A stretch of 64,000 nucleotides of DNA from Octopus sinensis (GCF_006345805.1 NC_043009.1:22010001-22074000); one strand, 5' to 3'; numbered from the stretch's first letter, positions 41,596 to 53,069 are shown. Notes: generated by a model from the sequence alone, not told the origin. Translations and numbers: made by a program.

Positions 41596-41611
41596 TGTAT
41601 ATATATATATA

Positions 41612-43060
41612 CTAGCATTATGACTCGTCGTTGCCGGGTCATAGTGCTAGTGCATGTATATATGTGTATATATATATATGTACATATTACATCTATATAT
41701 ATACATCTACACATAAAATACAAAATACAAAGTTATATCTTGATATCGTTAGTGATAACAATACTCAAAATATATAACAGACTGGAATTGTAGGCCCGTC
41801 TCATGCAATTTCGATCAATTGTATCCTGTCCTCCCTCTTGTATAGAAGTGTGGCTACAATCCAGCCTACCTCTACGTTTGTGGGGACATTTAATTTTTTA
41901 TCCGGGACGTCCTACGTCCCAGATATAAAGGTAAAATTAAAATATTTCCACTTTGCAAGGTTCGAGTCGAGTACTCCCTTGCACGCTCCGTTGACTCGAA
42001 CCTTGCTTCTATTGTGGCGAATTTACTGCCTCTGGTTAGATATCTTTCATAGTCGCACGAAGACACTTTTCGATGGTGCTTTCCTCCAGGTGTTCAAATC
42101 TTTTTTTTTTCTCTATATTGTATACTTTATAGACGATAGTCTTTTCTTTAATTTAATTTTTTATTTCGTTTGGTGGTGTTATCCTAGATTCACCATCTTT
42201 GTCGGTGATCAATCCGAAATAGGTTTGTATTTCTTCCATTTTAATTTTAATGAGTTCGCGCCCGCCGACGGCTGCAGCGAAATTCATTTTTGGACTTACT
42301 TCTATCGAAGGCATTCTAACAAAACTACTTCCGTGTCAATTTCCCCAAAATATTGTCAATTTCCCCAAACAGGGACACAATTCAATTTTTAAACAATAAC
42401 CAAAGCTTCTTCTCCCAAAGGGGGAGGGTTACAGTTTACAATTATTTAACAAATGCAACACATCAACATTTCCCTTACGAGGAACCAACAAACGTGATAA
42501 CAATAGTTAACAGTAATAATAAGAACAAACCTTACAGTGAATCAAAAAACAGTACGCAGTTGAAGCTATAGTCCTTTATGTATAATAGTCCATCTGGACT
42601 ATTCCATTTCTGCAGGCTAATTTTATTTTTAATTTATTCCCATTCATGTGAAACCACTTATTCAAGTTCAAGTCATTGATGCAACTTTATACCAATTGCT
42701 ATTTTTACTTTTATTATGTTACGATTATATTATACTTTAGTTTGATTTTAATTATTACTTACTACATATAATTCAATTGTTATTATTATCTCTAATTTTT
42801 ATTGTTAAAGTGAAAGTATCTGTCATAAAATAGAGAAATGTTTTTGTTTCACTTTTAACACGTAATACTGAAATAGTGGAGAAGATACGATATTGCTATG
42901 GGCTCGCCCTAGGCAAGAAGTTGAACATTATTTTGCCCATGAAACTACATGGGCCCTAAGTAAGGCATGTGTAAAATTTGAATGAAATTGGTTGTGTAGT
43001 TCTCAAGTTTTAGGGAAACACACAGACAGACAGACATTCTCAGTTTTATATATATAGAGA
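41612..43060 (-). mobile_element. Putative non-autonomous Helitron (~1.45 kb)
   Basis: RC 5' TCTCTATATATATAAAACTG..tgtctgtctg at 43060; hairpin plus CTAG at 41612; A|T flanks. Confidence 0.6.
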
Positions 43061-43065
43061 TATAC

Positions 43066-43204
43066 AACGGGCTTCTTTCAGTTTCCGTCTACCAAATCCA
43101 TTCGCAAGGTTTTGGTCGGCCCGAGGCTATAGTAGAAGACACTTGCCCAAGGTGTCATCAATGGAACTTAACCCGGAACCATGTGATTGGGAAGCTAGTT
43201 TCTT
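43066..43204 (-). mobile_element. SINE family A 5' half, cut at its head by the Tx1-like array
   Basis: SINE homology ends at ggaagctagtttctt (43190-43204); the remaining head (accacacagcc..) is missing here. Confidence 0.85.
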
Positions 43205-43688
43205 TATTTCATTACATTTGCCATAAAGACAGTACATAGAGTAAAGTAGCTTTGCGGGCTGGACATGGACATTAATGAAATTAATGATAATGAAAGAAAG
43301 ATGATAAGGATGGGAGAAGACAAAAAGCGCCCGCCGACTTCTGCTTCTTTAAAACATTGTTCTTTAAAACCAAACACAAAACGAGGTATTAAACCTCTTG
43401 CAACTTTTCAATTTTTGGACTTAACAGTCCATTACAAACAACAACATAGTTCAATAATTACATATAATAAATATAAATACAATACACAAAGCCCCTCCTC
43501 CCAGACCTGGCTTACACTTCCCTTAGGCAATGCGCCAGCTCTAGGTCGGGGCCCCTCAAGGCGTATCTAAACATGTCCTTTAAAAAGGTGTTCATTACTC
43601 TGACCATAGCGACATCCGATATGATCTTCGTAGTCACCTGCGAAAGCCACTCCTCGTCCCCTGTCCAGGGCATGGGCTCCTCTCTCCG
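43205..43688 (-). mobile_element. Tx1-like ORF1-only element copy A, 5'-truncated
   Basis: RC 43688-43512 encodes EEPMPWTGDEEWLSQVTTKIISDVAMVRVMNTF..LAHCLREV*, homologous to the copy C C-terminus; 3' UTR aligns with 45824-45975. Confidence 0.75.
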
Positions 43689-43703
43689 GGAAGCAAGCTT
43701 CTT

Positions 43704-45808
43704 TATTTTATCAAATTAGCCATGGCGACCTTACACTTACATAACAATCAACATGTCAACCAAACATAAAAAATACATTATCACTTTTCCCTTCCTCCTC
43801 TTTCCGGACCCCCAGTCAAATATCTAGCCGCCTGCAGAGCAGACCCCGTTGAAAGCCGGGAGTTCAGAAAGAATGCGAAGTGCCTATTATCAAATGTTTG
43901 TGTCACACAGTGCCACAATTTATAACTCACCCTCAAAATAACTTGTGCCCGCATCCTCTACCATCCTCCACGCCTCTTTCAAAGCCGAATCGAGTTCCGT
44001 GTCAGCGTTGCCCGGGTACAAGCGATATTCCTCATTGAGCCCCTTCAGCCCAAACGTCACGTCAAACGTTATGGCCTCCACAGCTACCTGCGGAGGTCAT
44101 TCGGGGTTCTGTGTGAAGGCTAAAGGTGCTCCCTTATGGTGCTTTTCCATCACCTTTTCAATCTTTCCGCCTCTATAGAAGAAGATCAATACTTCGTCTT
44201 CCTCCGGGGGCGGGATATCCAATTCTTTCATTGGCGGCACAGTTCCCGCCAACGGTGTTTCTTCTCCTGCCGGTGGTACAACCCCAACCGACGTAGTTCC
44301 TGGACATTCCAGTACTATGTCACCGACTGCCGGCAATGTCCCGTTTCTCTTCCTCTTCCTCTTTTTTCTCTTTTCAACTGAGGGAGGGTGCGTCTCCTCC
44401 GTGGCCGGAAGATTCGCCTTCTCCTCCTCATCCCTAGGATCCTTCGGTGAGCACACATTGTTGCTCACATTCTTCCTCTTTCGGCCCCTGTTTGAGGAGT
44501 CCTCCTCTTACTCGACCGCCTTCATTCCCTCTTCTACAGGGGTCTCACTCAACTGCTCCGGGTCCTTATTTTGTTCCCGGGGACAGTTTTTCTTTATATG
44601 GCCGGACTCTAAGCACCGATGACACCTGGGGGGACGACCTTCAAGTATCACCGAGTACCTGCACCCGGCCATTTTAAAAAAATCTGGAAAAACCAGATTG
44701 GCTGATTGGGTCCAAAGGGTCAAAACAGCTCTTGACCCAACCCAATCAGCCGCAGGAAGAACTTTCACATAAAGAAGCTTGGTCCCACTGCCACCTAGAC
44801 CCCGGCGGATAGTCTCCTCTATCCACTCGGGTTTTATCCCTGGTGGCAACCCGCAGACCCAAGCTTTCGTCAACCTCCTTCCATGATACGTGGGAAGGAA
44901 CAAAGTTTCCTCACCCTCCAAGGGTTGACTAGCAAATTTGCGAGCCTCTTCAGGGGTATCAAATAGCAACCACACCGTTGCATATCTGACACCCCTAGAA
45001 ATGAATTTAATTGTTAGTAAATACTCTGCCAACTCCTTTTCAATTGCCGTCTTTTCGAATAGGGCGATGGTGTCGAGTGACTTGGAGTAGGTTCTCAACA
45101 CCACTGTCCTATCTTCACGGTCTTTCAACCACTTTTTGGGCGGTATAATCTCCCACTCCAAAACTTTGTCTTTTTTCATTGCCATGTTTTTTTTTTTTTT
45201 GAATATATTCAAAATAAAACTTAAAAAGCGAGAAGAAAAAAGAAATCAAAAGAAGTCACAATAAACAAAAAGGAGAAAGTCAAATAAAGTTAGAAGAAGA
45301 AAGTCATAGTTCAGGAACACAGCAAAAAGATCTTCCGGCCATTCGGTACTCCCGGCCTAGGTTGAACCCGGAACGCCACAACTGGAACACAACTTCCACA
45401 AAAATTGATATACAAATTATTCAATCTTCGGAGGCAAAGACACTCCCCCAAACAGCAGTTCTCACAATTATTAAAGTTCTTCAAAAGGCACAATACAAGC
45501 AATAATTCTCATAATTAAGTAAGAAAAATATTCACTCAACATAAACCGAAGACGAATACGCCCCCAAACAAAAATTCTCACAATTCAGCGAGAAAAAGTA
45601 TTTGCCCCATGTAGGCAGAACCAGAATTCTGAATCCAGTAGGACTTCCTGCCTGTACAAAAACAATTCTCAACAAAAATTCCCACTGGACCCAAAAAACA
45701 GAATCTTACCTTAAAATGGAGCTTCAAAATTTTTCAATTCGAGACGGCTTCAAAAGCATGTCGCACCTCTTTGGTGCCGAACACCACAATTATTCGCACA
45801 TGCGCAGT
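43704..45808 (-). mobile_element. Tx1-like ORF1-only element copy B, apparently full length (2.1 kb)
   Basis: Bounded by the 15-bp motif at 43689-43703 and 45809-45823; single ORF; AATAAA at the 3' end. Confidence 0.8.
43920..45185 (-). pseudogene. Gag-like ORF1 (RRM-like region + CX2CX4HX4C knuckle), 421 codons with two in-frame stops
   Basis: CHRCLESGHIKKNC; stops at 44508-44510 and 44097-44099 (the latter aligns with Trp in copy C). Confidence 0.85.
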
Positions 45809-45823
45809 GGAAGCTAGCTTCTT

Positions 45824-47505
45824 TATTTCATTTAATTTGCCACTAGGGCAGTACACAGAGTAGCTGCGGGCTGGACAAAAAACATTAATGAATGATGGTG
45901 ATGGACGAGGATGGTGATGGGAGAAGACGAAAGCGCCCGCCGACTTCCGCTTCTCTAAGACATTGTTCTTTTTTCAAAAATTTTACAAAAAAAATTCCAA
46001 AATTTTACATATGTTACAAGAGGCAATAAACCTCTTTCTCAATATAATACAAAAACATTCAACAGGTTCACGTTACCCGGCCGACGAGCGCTCTTGCTTC
46101 ATTGAGGCAATCGCTCTTCGTCAGGCCGTACCATACAGGTATAAATTGAAAGGAGTATTCCGGGAAAGAATTCGCGATCCTGCACAGATCGTTATCCAGT
46201 AGGACCTCCGCAGCCAGCTGCGAAGGCCACTCGGGGTCCTCCGTGCAGGACCGAAGTCTCTCCCATTGGCCTCTCTTTCTCATTTTACCTATTTCATTTT
46301 GGAGGGTTCCTCCTTTGTAGAAGAGGACCACATATTGTTTCTCCGGCGGCACACTCGCCTGAGGAGACTTGGGAGACGTCGTCTGCGTGTTACAATCCGC
46401 CGGCGGCGTTCCGTTTCTCTTCTTCTTTTTTTTCTTTTTTCCTTGGGCCGCGGGAGGTTGAGGTTCCGGTGTTGCACACAACGGGTCCTCTTTTTCTCCC
46501 GCAGCTTCCGGGTCTTTTAGTGGGTCACCATTGTTCCCCACTTTTCTTTTTCTCGTTGAGGAAGTCACCGCTTCCTCGTTCTGTTTCTCTCCCTCCATTG
46601 CGGGGGGGGGGGCAGGGAGAGGCTCCAACATCAACTGCTCCAGGATCCTACTTTGGTCCTTGGGGCAGTTCTTCTTAATGTGGCCGGTCTCCAGGCACAG
46701 GTGACACTTTGGGGGGGGGGGGGCGTCCCTCAAGCATCACCGGATACCTGTACCCGGCCATCCTCAAAAAGTCCGGAAAAACCAGACTTTTGGCTGATTG
46801 GGTCCATAGGGTCAAAACAGCTTTTGACCCCTCCCAATCAGCCGCAGGCTGCACTTTTACGTTCAGCAGCTTGGAACTGCTACCATCCAGGCCCCGGCGG
46901 ATAGAATCCTCTATCCACTCGGGCTCAACGCCGGGTGGTAAGCCGCAGATCCAGGCTCTCAACAATTTTTCTCCCTTGTAATTGGGGAGAAACAATATTT
47001 CTTTGCCCTCAATGGGCTGGCTTGTAAAATCGCAAGCTTCTTTTGGGGAGTCAAATAGCAACCAAACCGTTGCATATTTAACTCCCCGTGCGATATATTT
47101 AACGGCTGGCATGTAGTCCGCCAGCTCGTTTAAAATGGTAGCCTTTGGGAAGACGGCTATGGTGTCGAGCGACTTCGAGTAAGTCCTCAACACCACGGTC
47201 TTCTCCTCCAGCTCTTTCAAATACTTTTTGGGAGGTGTCAATTCCCATACAGCTACCCCTGTGTTCGTGGTTGTGTGTGTATGACAAGTTCTAATTTTAT
47301 TTCGCAATTGTTTTTTTTCCAACGCAAAGAGAACTGGTTTCAAACGATTTCCAAAACAGATACAAACCTCTTTAACTTGGTCATTGACCTCGAACCCACA
47401 AGAGTAAACAAGAGAGACAGAGGCAAGCATAAACAAGGGAAATGCCCCTTGTTTTTGAATACTATGCAAATAATCTTTTAAAAACTTTTCTTTTAATTTT
47501 TCCAA
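45824..47505 (-). mobile_element. Tx1-like ORF1-only element copy C (5' end not resolved)
   Basis: ORF1 46068-47505 with a +1 frameshift in the 13-G run 46711-46723; CHLCLETGHIKKNC; short 3' UTR, no ORF2. Confidence 0.8.
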
Positions 47506-47596
47506 AATTATTATTGTTTTACATACTCACAGTTGAAAAAGTCTCAATGACTGAAACCGGTACTGAAATGTTTTTTCTACCTTGACCTTTTTTTCC

Positions 47597-47659
<63 letters not shown>

Positions 47660-47660
<1 letters not shown>

Positions 47661-48385
47661 ATATTGCTAAATTGGCAATGAAATGTAGGCGGTTGACCGA
47701 ATGGATTCTTAGAACCTTTAGAACAAGAGAACAAGAAACCATGATGGTCCTCTGGAGGACACTTGTCCTAAGCCACTTTGACTATTGCTCTCAGCTATGG
47801 TCACCATCCAGTGTCAAGTTAATCACAGAACTTGAGGCGATCCAACGAAGCTACACGAAAAAGATAGCCTCTGTGCAGCATATAAGCTATTGGGAAAGAC
47901 TCGAGAGATTAAGACTCTATTCCTTAGAGCGTAGGCGAGAAAGATATGCCATAATATACATCTGGAAGATCCTGGAAGGACTTGTCCCAAACTTTGACAT
48001 CGAGAGTTACACAAATACTAGAACTGGGTGACACTGCATAGTGCCAAGGACTCCAAATTTGCCATCAAGATGTAGGACAAGATACTGTGATAGCCTGGGC
48101 TTCAGAGGTCCACAGCTCTTCAATATCCTCCCGAAGGACCTGAGAGACTTGCATGGGGTGGATGCAGATGTCTTTAAAATAAAACTGGATCTTTTCTTGT
48201 CAGGTGTCCCAGATGAACCAACTTCACGGCAGGAGGTGCAGATGAGGGCAGCTACATCGAACTCTCTCATGCACCAAATGGCAATTGCTAAAAAGCATTC
48301 GTGAAGTAAAATCATGTAGCAACACCGAATGGCGGTGCCCCAGCATGGCCACAGCTCGTGAGCTGAAACTAGATAAAATAAAATA
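47660..48385 (+). mobile_element. 3' fragment of a second CR1-group LINE subfamily
   Basis: [40 protein letters not shown]; tail ggcggtgccccagcatggccacagctcgtgagctgaaactagat. Confidence 0.92.
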
Positions 48386-48412
48386 AAAATATAAATAAAA
48401 TATATACACACA

Positions 48413-48485
<73 letters not shown>

Positions 48486-48864
48486 ATAAGAAAATAGATA
48501 ATTAATAATTATTTATCGATTAAAATTTAGACATCATCTCTGACAGCTGTTTCGATTCCAGACCTTTAGAAATCAATTACCATAATAAAAATTATTTAAA
48601 AGTCGAATTTCACCAGAGTTGGCTAAAGATATACAATTAAGTGTTCATATATATATAGAATACATGAAGGGTTTAGTTCACTTGTGATCTAAACGAATGG
48701 GTATCCTGGGTAAGTGCTATAGTAGGTCCATCTTTAGGTTCCAAGATCACTGCTAAGGCTGGGTCTAAGGTTCCGTTATAGCATGTATATATATTATATT
48801 ATAGGAAAAATTAAAACTAAGGCAGAACGACTATCTCAAGTCACTTAGAATAATTTAATTTGAA

Positions 48865-48940
48865 GTCTTACAGCCGTTTCTGGGATAACCCAAGTGGTAG
48901 GTTAGCATGTCCATGCACTGGGTATTCCTTCATCAGAGAA
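48865..48940 (-). ncRNA. Type I hammerhead-like motif
   Basis: RC tct-CUGAUGA-a-ggaatacccag..cttgggttatccc-a-GAAA-c ggct g-UA-aga. Confidence 0.6.
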
Positions 48941-49044
48941 ATAAGGAATGAAATAGAAGAGTAATGAGTAGCTACTCTTCTAACCACTTTTACTCTTTAC
49001 ACTTCTCTTTTATTCCTTATAAACTGTGAATTTTATTCTTTATT

Positions 49045-49120
49045 GTCTCTGATGACGGAGTACCCAGTCCATGGACATGCTAACCTACCACTTGGGTTAT
49101 CCCAGAAACGACTGTATGAC
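49045..49120 (+). ncRNA. Type I hammerhead-like motif
   Basis: gtct-CUGAUGA-c-ggagtacccag..cttgggttatccc-a-GAAA-c gact g-UA-tgac. Confidence 0.6.
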
Positions 49121-49549
49121 TTAAAATTAAATTATTATAAATGACTTGAGATTCTCTTTCTACCTTGGTCTTGATTTTTCCTATAATAATATAATATAAT
49201 TTAATATAATATATAATATCATATATATATGTGTGTGTGTATTAAATTAATAATAATATTCATATGTATATGATTATATTAAGGGAGTAAGGGCGAAAAC
49301 GACCTATCTCCAGTACACTTGAAGTGCCGATACTTTCAAAAAACTACCAAAGTCTCCAGATAAATATACACATGGCTGAAAGCGGGCTAGTGAAAGAATA
49401 TTAAAAAGACCTCACGTTAATTGTGAATTGGTTCCAATTTCTGAATTAAAGCCATAAATAGGCTTTCTTCATTCGTCGATACAATACACGGGAAATATAA
49501 ATCCAAATAACAGTATATACCATACAAATCAGGTTCACACGTCTACATA

Positions 49550-49765
49550 CATATATTTGTGTGTCTGTGTTTGTCCCCCCAACATTACTTGACAACCGAT
49601 GTTGGTGTGTTTACGTCCCCGTAACTTAGCGGTTCGGCAAAAGAGACCGATAGAATAAGTACTAGGTTAACAAAGAATAAGTTCTGGGGTCGATTTGTTC
49701 GACTAAAAGCGGTGCTCCAGCATGACCGCAGTCAAATGACAGAAACAAATAAAAGAATAAAAGAA
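49550..49765 (+). mobile_element. SINE family A, 3' half
   Basis: Body and tail motifs. Confidence 0.8.
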
Positions 49766-49898
49766 TATATGTGTGTATGTATGTATCAAAGAATGCTTGC
49801 ATATGCGTTATATAAGAATATACATTTTGTATGTATATGGCATTTCTTTTACCTTTTTACCTTTTATTTGTTTCAGTCGAATGAATCGACCCCAGAAC

Positions 49899-50521
49899 GG
49901 CAGCGAGTTGGCAGAATCGTTAGCACGCCGGGCGAAATGCTTTGTGGTATTTCGTCCGCCGCTGCGTTCTGAGTTCAAATTCCGCCGAGGTCGACTTTAC
50001 CTTTCATCCTTTCGGGGTCGATAAATTAAGTACCAGATACGCACTGGGGTCGATGTAATCTACTTAATCCGTTTGTCTGTCCTTGTTTGTCTCCTCTATG
50101 TTTAACCCCTTGTGGGTAATAAAGAAATAGGTATTTTGTCTGTCGTTACGTTCTGAGTTCAAATTCCGCCGAGGTCGACTTTGCCTTTCGAGGTCGATAA
50201 ATTAAGTACCAGTTACGCACTGGGGTCGATGTAATGACTTAATCTCTTTGTCTGTCCTTGTTTGTCCCCTCTGTGTGTAGCCCCTTCTGGGCAGTAAAGA
50301 AATAAGAAACGTTAGCACGCCGGGCGAATTGCTTAGCGATATTTCGTCTGCCGTTACGTTCTGAGTTCAAATTCCGCCGAGGTCGACTTTGCCTTCCATC
50401 CTTTTTGGGTCGAAAAATTAAGTATCAGTTACGCACTGGGTCAATGTAATCGACTTAATCCCTTTGTCTGTCCTTGTTTGTCCCCTCTATGTTTAGCCCC
50501 TTGCGGGCAATAAAGTAATAA
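49899..50521 (+). mobile_element. SINE family B trimer nested in a minus-strand family A SINE (49855-50810)
   Basis: TSD gaatcgaccccagaac (49883-49898) / gaatcaaccccagaac (50522-50537); three bodies. Confidence 0.88.
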
Positions 50522-50886
50522 GAATCAACCCCAGAACAGGCTGGTACTTACTCAATCGGTGCCTATTGCCAAACCGCTAAGTTACAGGGACGTAAATACA
50601 CCAACACAGATTGCCAAGCGGTGATGAGGAACAAGCACAAACACGAGAACACCCAAACACACACACGATGGGCTTCTTTCAGTTTTCGCCTACCAAATTC
50701 ACTCATAAAACTTTGGTCGGGCCGAGGCTATAGCAGAAGATACTTACCCAAGGTGACTGAACTGGGAACTATGTGGTTGGGAAGCAAGCTTCTTACCACA
50801 CATGCATATATATCTGAAACTTAACGTATAAAGGTAAGAATTTAAATACGTTTGTATACATATATGAATGTAAATATATATATATA

Positions 50887-52197
50887 CTAGCAGAATTGCC
50901 CGGCGATGCTCGGGGCTGAATTGCTTGAAAGTACTGTTAATGATTGTACTGAATTATGATGATTATTCAGGCAAATATTGATATAAGTTTACGGTGGGAG
51001 ATAAGGACTTAACGATCAATCGTGTGCCATTGCATCGTTTTGGGGGAACCAAATTTCTAATGAGCATTATAGGGGCACGAACTTTAAGTTTGAGAATGTG
51101 TGGTGGTAGTCCGGGGGGCTCAAAGGAATTGAGTACCTCTATTGGATAGTTGATGACGTCCTCTGGGTCAGGAGTTGTATCGATAGACTTATAAACATAG
51201 ACTTCCCCAGGAATGAGTTTTACCATTTCATCATTAATATGGTGAACAGTTTTATTCCTCGGGGCCAGAATAGCCCTTTGGCCAACCCAATCCATATTCT
51301 GATAATTAGCTTGTAGATCTGGGAACACTGCATCTCTGAGATCAGAAGGCGTTTTAACAATGGTACAAATGGAATCGATGGCAATATTACCATTTTCATC
51401 CCCTGGTATTTTGCCTTCGCCAAGTGCAAGGAGGGTGTGAGAAAATGCTGCTGATGTGATATTACGTCGCATATGAGCACGCATATTAGTGTGAAGTTTG
51501 AGAGTCTTCACCAGTGGCCACAATGTGGATGACTTAAGACATGCACTTACTGCATCAGCTCTAGTCCCTTTGGGAATAACGGGAAGTGTTTGTCGGAAGT
51601 CCCCTGAAAGAAGAAGTGTTATGCCTCCCATGGGAGCTGAAGAGTGTTTGATGTCTCTGAGAGATCTATCTAGTGCCTCAAGAGCACGTCTGTGGGCCAT
51701 CGTGCATTCATCCCAAACGATAAGCTTGCATCGTCTGAAGACTTCTGCCTGATCGGAGCTGTTACTGATGTTGCAAGTTGGTGTATCAGTCTTCGCTAAG
51801 TCAAGCGGAAGCTTGAAAGTGGAGTGAGCTGTCCTGCCGCCTGGCAACAAAGTAGCCGCAATTCCAGATGATGCCACAGCTAGGGCAATGCCTTGTGTTC
51901 GCCTAATCTCAGCCAATATTAATTTGTTGACAAAAGTTTTCCCAGTGCCCCCAGGAGCGTCCAGGAAAAAAATCCTCCCAGTTTTGGCCCGGACTGAATT
52001 AACAACGGAGTTGTAAGCGAACTTGTGTAATGGAAGGAGCTTTGGCTCATTGTCGGCTATGTACTCGGCAAGCTCATCAACATTAAAACATGTCTCACGC
52101 AGCAAATGTGAAGACAGAGTGTTTGTGCCTTCCCGGTTTGTTGAAGGTAGGCCATAGACCGGCAAGGCACTACCGCCCATATCAAGTACAGTACCTT
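50887..52197 (-). mobile_element. Helitron fragment: Pif1-like helicase segment joined to the 3' terminus
   Basis: 3' hairpin cccgagcatcgccggg plus CTAG at 50887-50890. Confidence 0.9.
50963..52180 (-). pseudogene. Helitron Pif1-family helicase, truncated at both ends
   Basis: FFLDAPGGTGKT (Walker A), GGRTAHSTFKLP, IVWDECTM, GDFRQTLPV, LIRNL..CNGTRL. Confidence 0.93.
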
Positions 52198-52309
52198 CGA
52201 ACGTAGTTTGTTACCACACAGCCACACCTGCCCCTATATATATATATGTGTGTGTGTGTGGTGTGTGTGTGTGTGTGCGTGTGTGTGTATGGGTAGATAT
52301 ATTATGCAT

Positions 52310-52860
52310 GTATATATGTGTATATATATATGTGTACATATTACATGTACATCTATATATATATATACATCTACACATAAAATACAAAATACAAAGTTAT
52401 ATCTTGATATCGCTAGTGATAACAATACTCAAAATATATAACAGACTGGAATTGTAGGCCTCTTGCAATTTCGATCAATTGGATCTTGTCCTCCCTCTTG
52501 TATAGAAGTGTACGGCTGCAGCGAAATCCATTTTTGGACTTTCTTCTATCGAAGGCATTTTAACAAAAATGCTTCCGTAAAGACGGTGAAAATATTGTCA
52601 ATTTCCTTAAACAGGGACACAATTCAATTTTGAAACAATAACCAATTTTGAAACAATAACCTTTCTCCGAAAGGGGGAGGGTTACGGTTTACAATTATTT
52701 AACAAATGCAACACAACAACGTTTCCCTGGCGAGGAACCAACAAACGTGATTACTATAGTCAAACAGTAATAATAATAACAAACCTTTTTAATTTATCCC
52801 CATTTATGTGAAACCACTTATTCATGTTCAAGTCATTGATGCAATTTTACACGAATTGCT
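52310..52860. repeat. Internally deleted copy of the 41652-42700 sequence
   Basis: Collinear homology with a ~420-bp deletion at gtatagaagtgt|acggctgcagcg. Confidence 0.85.
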
Positions 52861-53069
52861 AATACACACACACATAATAAGGGTGAAAAATTGGATATTA
52901 ATTTGATTAATATGAATTGAAAACCAGTGGTGTAGCATATAAGACCATAGCGGATCTTCCTCTAGCAAAAAGGATGACCTCTATTAATGGCTCATCCCTG
53001 TTACACACACACACACACACTCACACACACACTCACACACACACACACAAACACACGCACACACACACA

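Larger units (their letters stand above)
48796..49190. repeat. Diverged palindrome of two hammerhead-bearing arms
   Basis: Arms begin tattataggaaaaat / end atttttcctataata; central core gtttctgggataacccaagtggtaggttagcatgtccatg perfectly inverted. Confidence 0.9.

Noticed and set aside
41838-42392. 184-aa ORF
   Set aside because: No recognisable motif, F/I-rich AT bias, inside a repeat whose second copy deletes most of it
48537-48575. RC ggtctggaatc-GAAA-cagctg-UC-agag half hammerhead
   Set aside because: The CUGANGA half is absent; at most a relic
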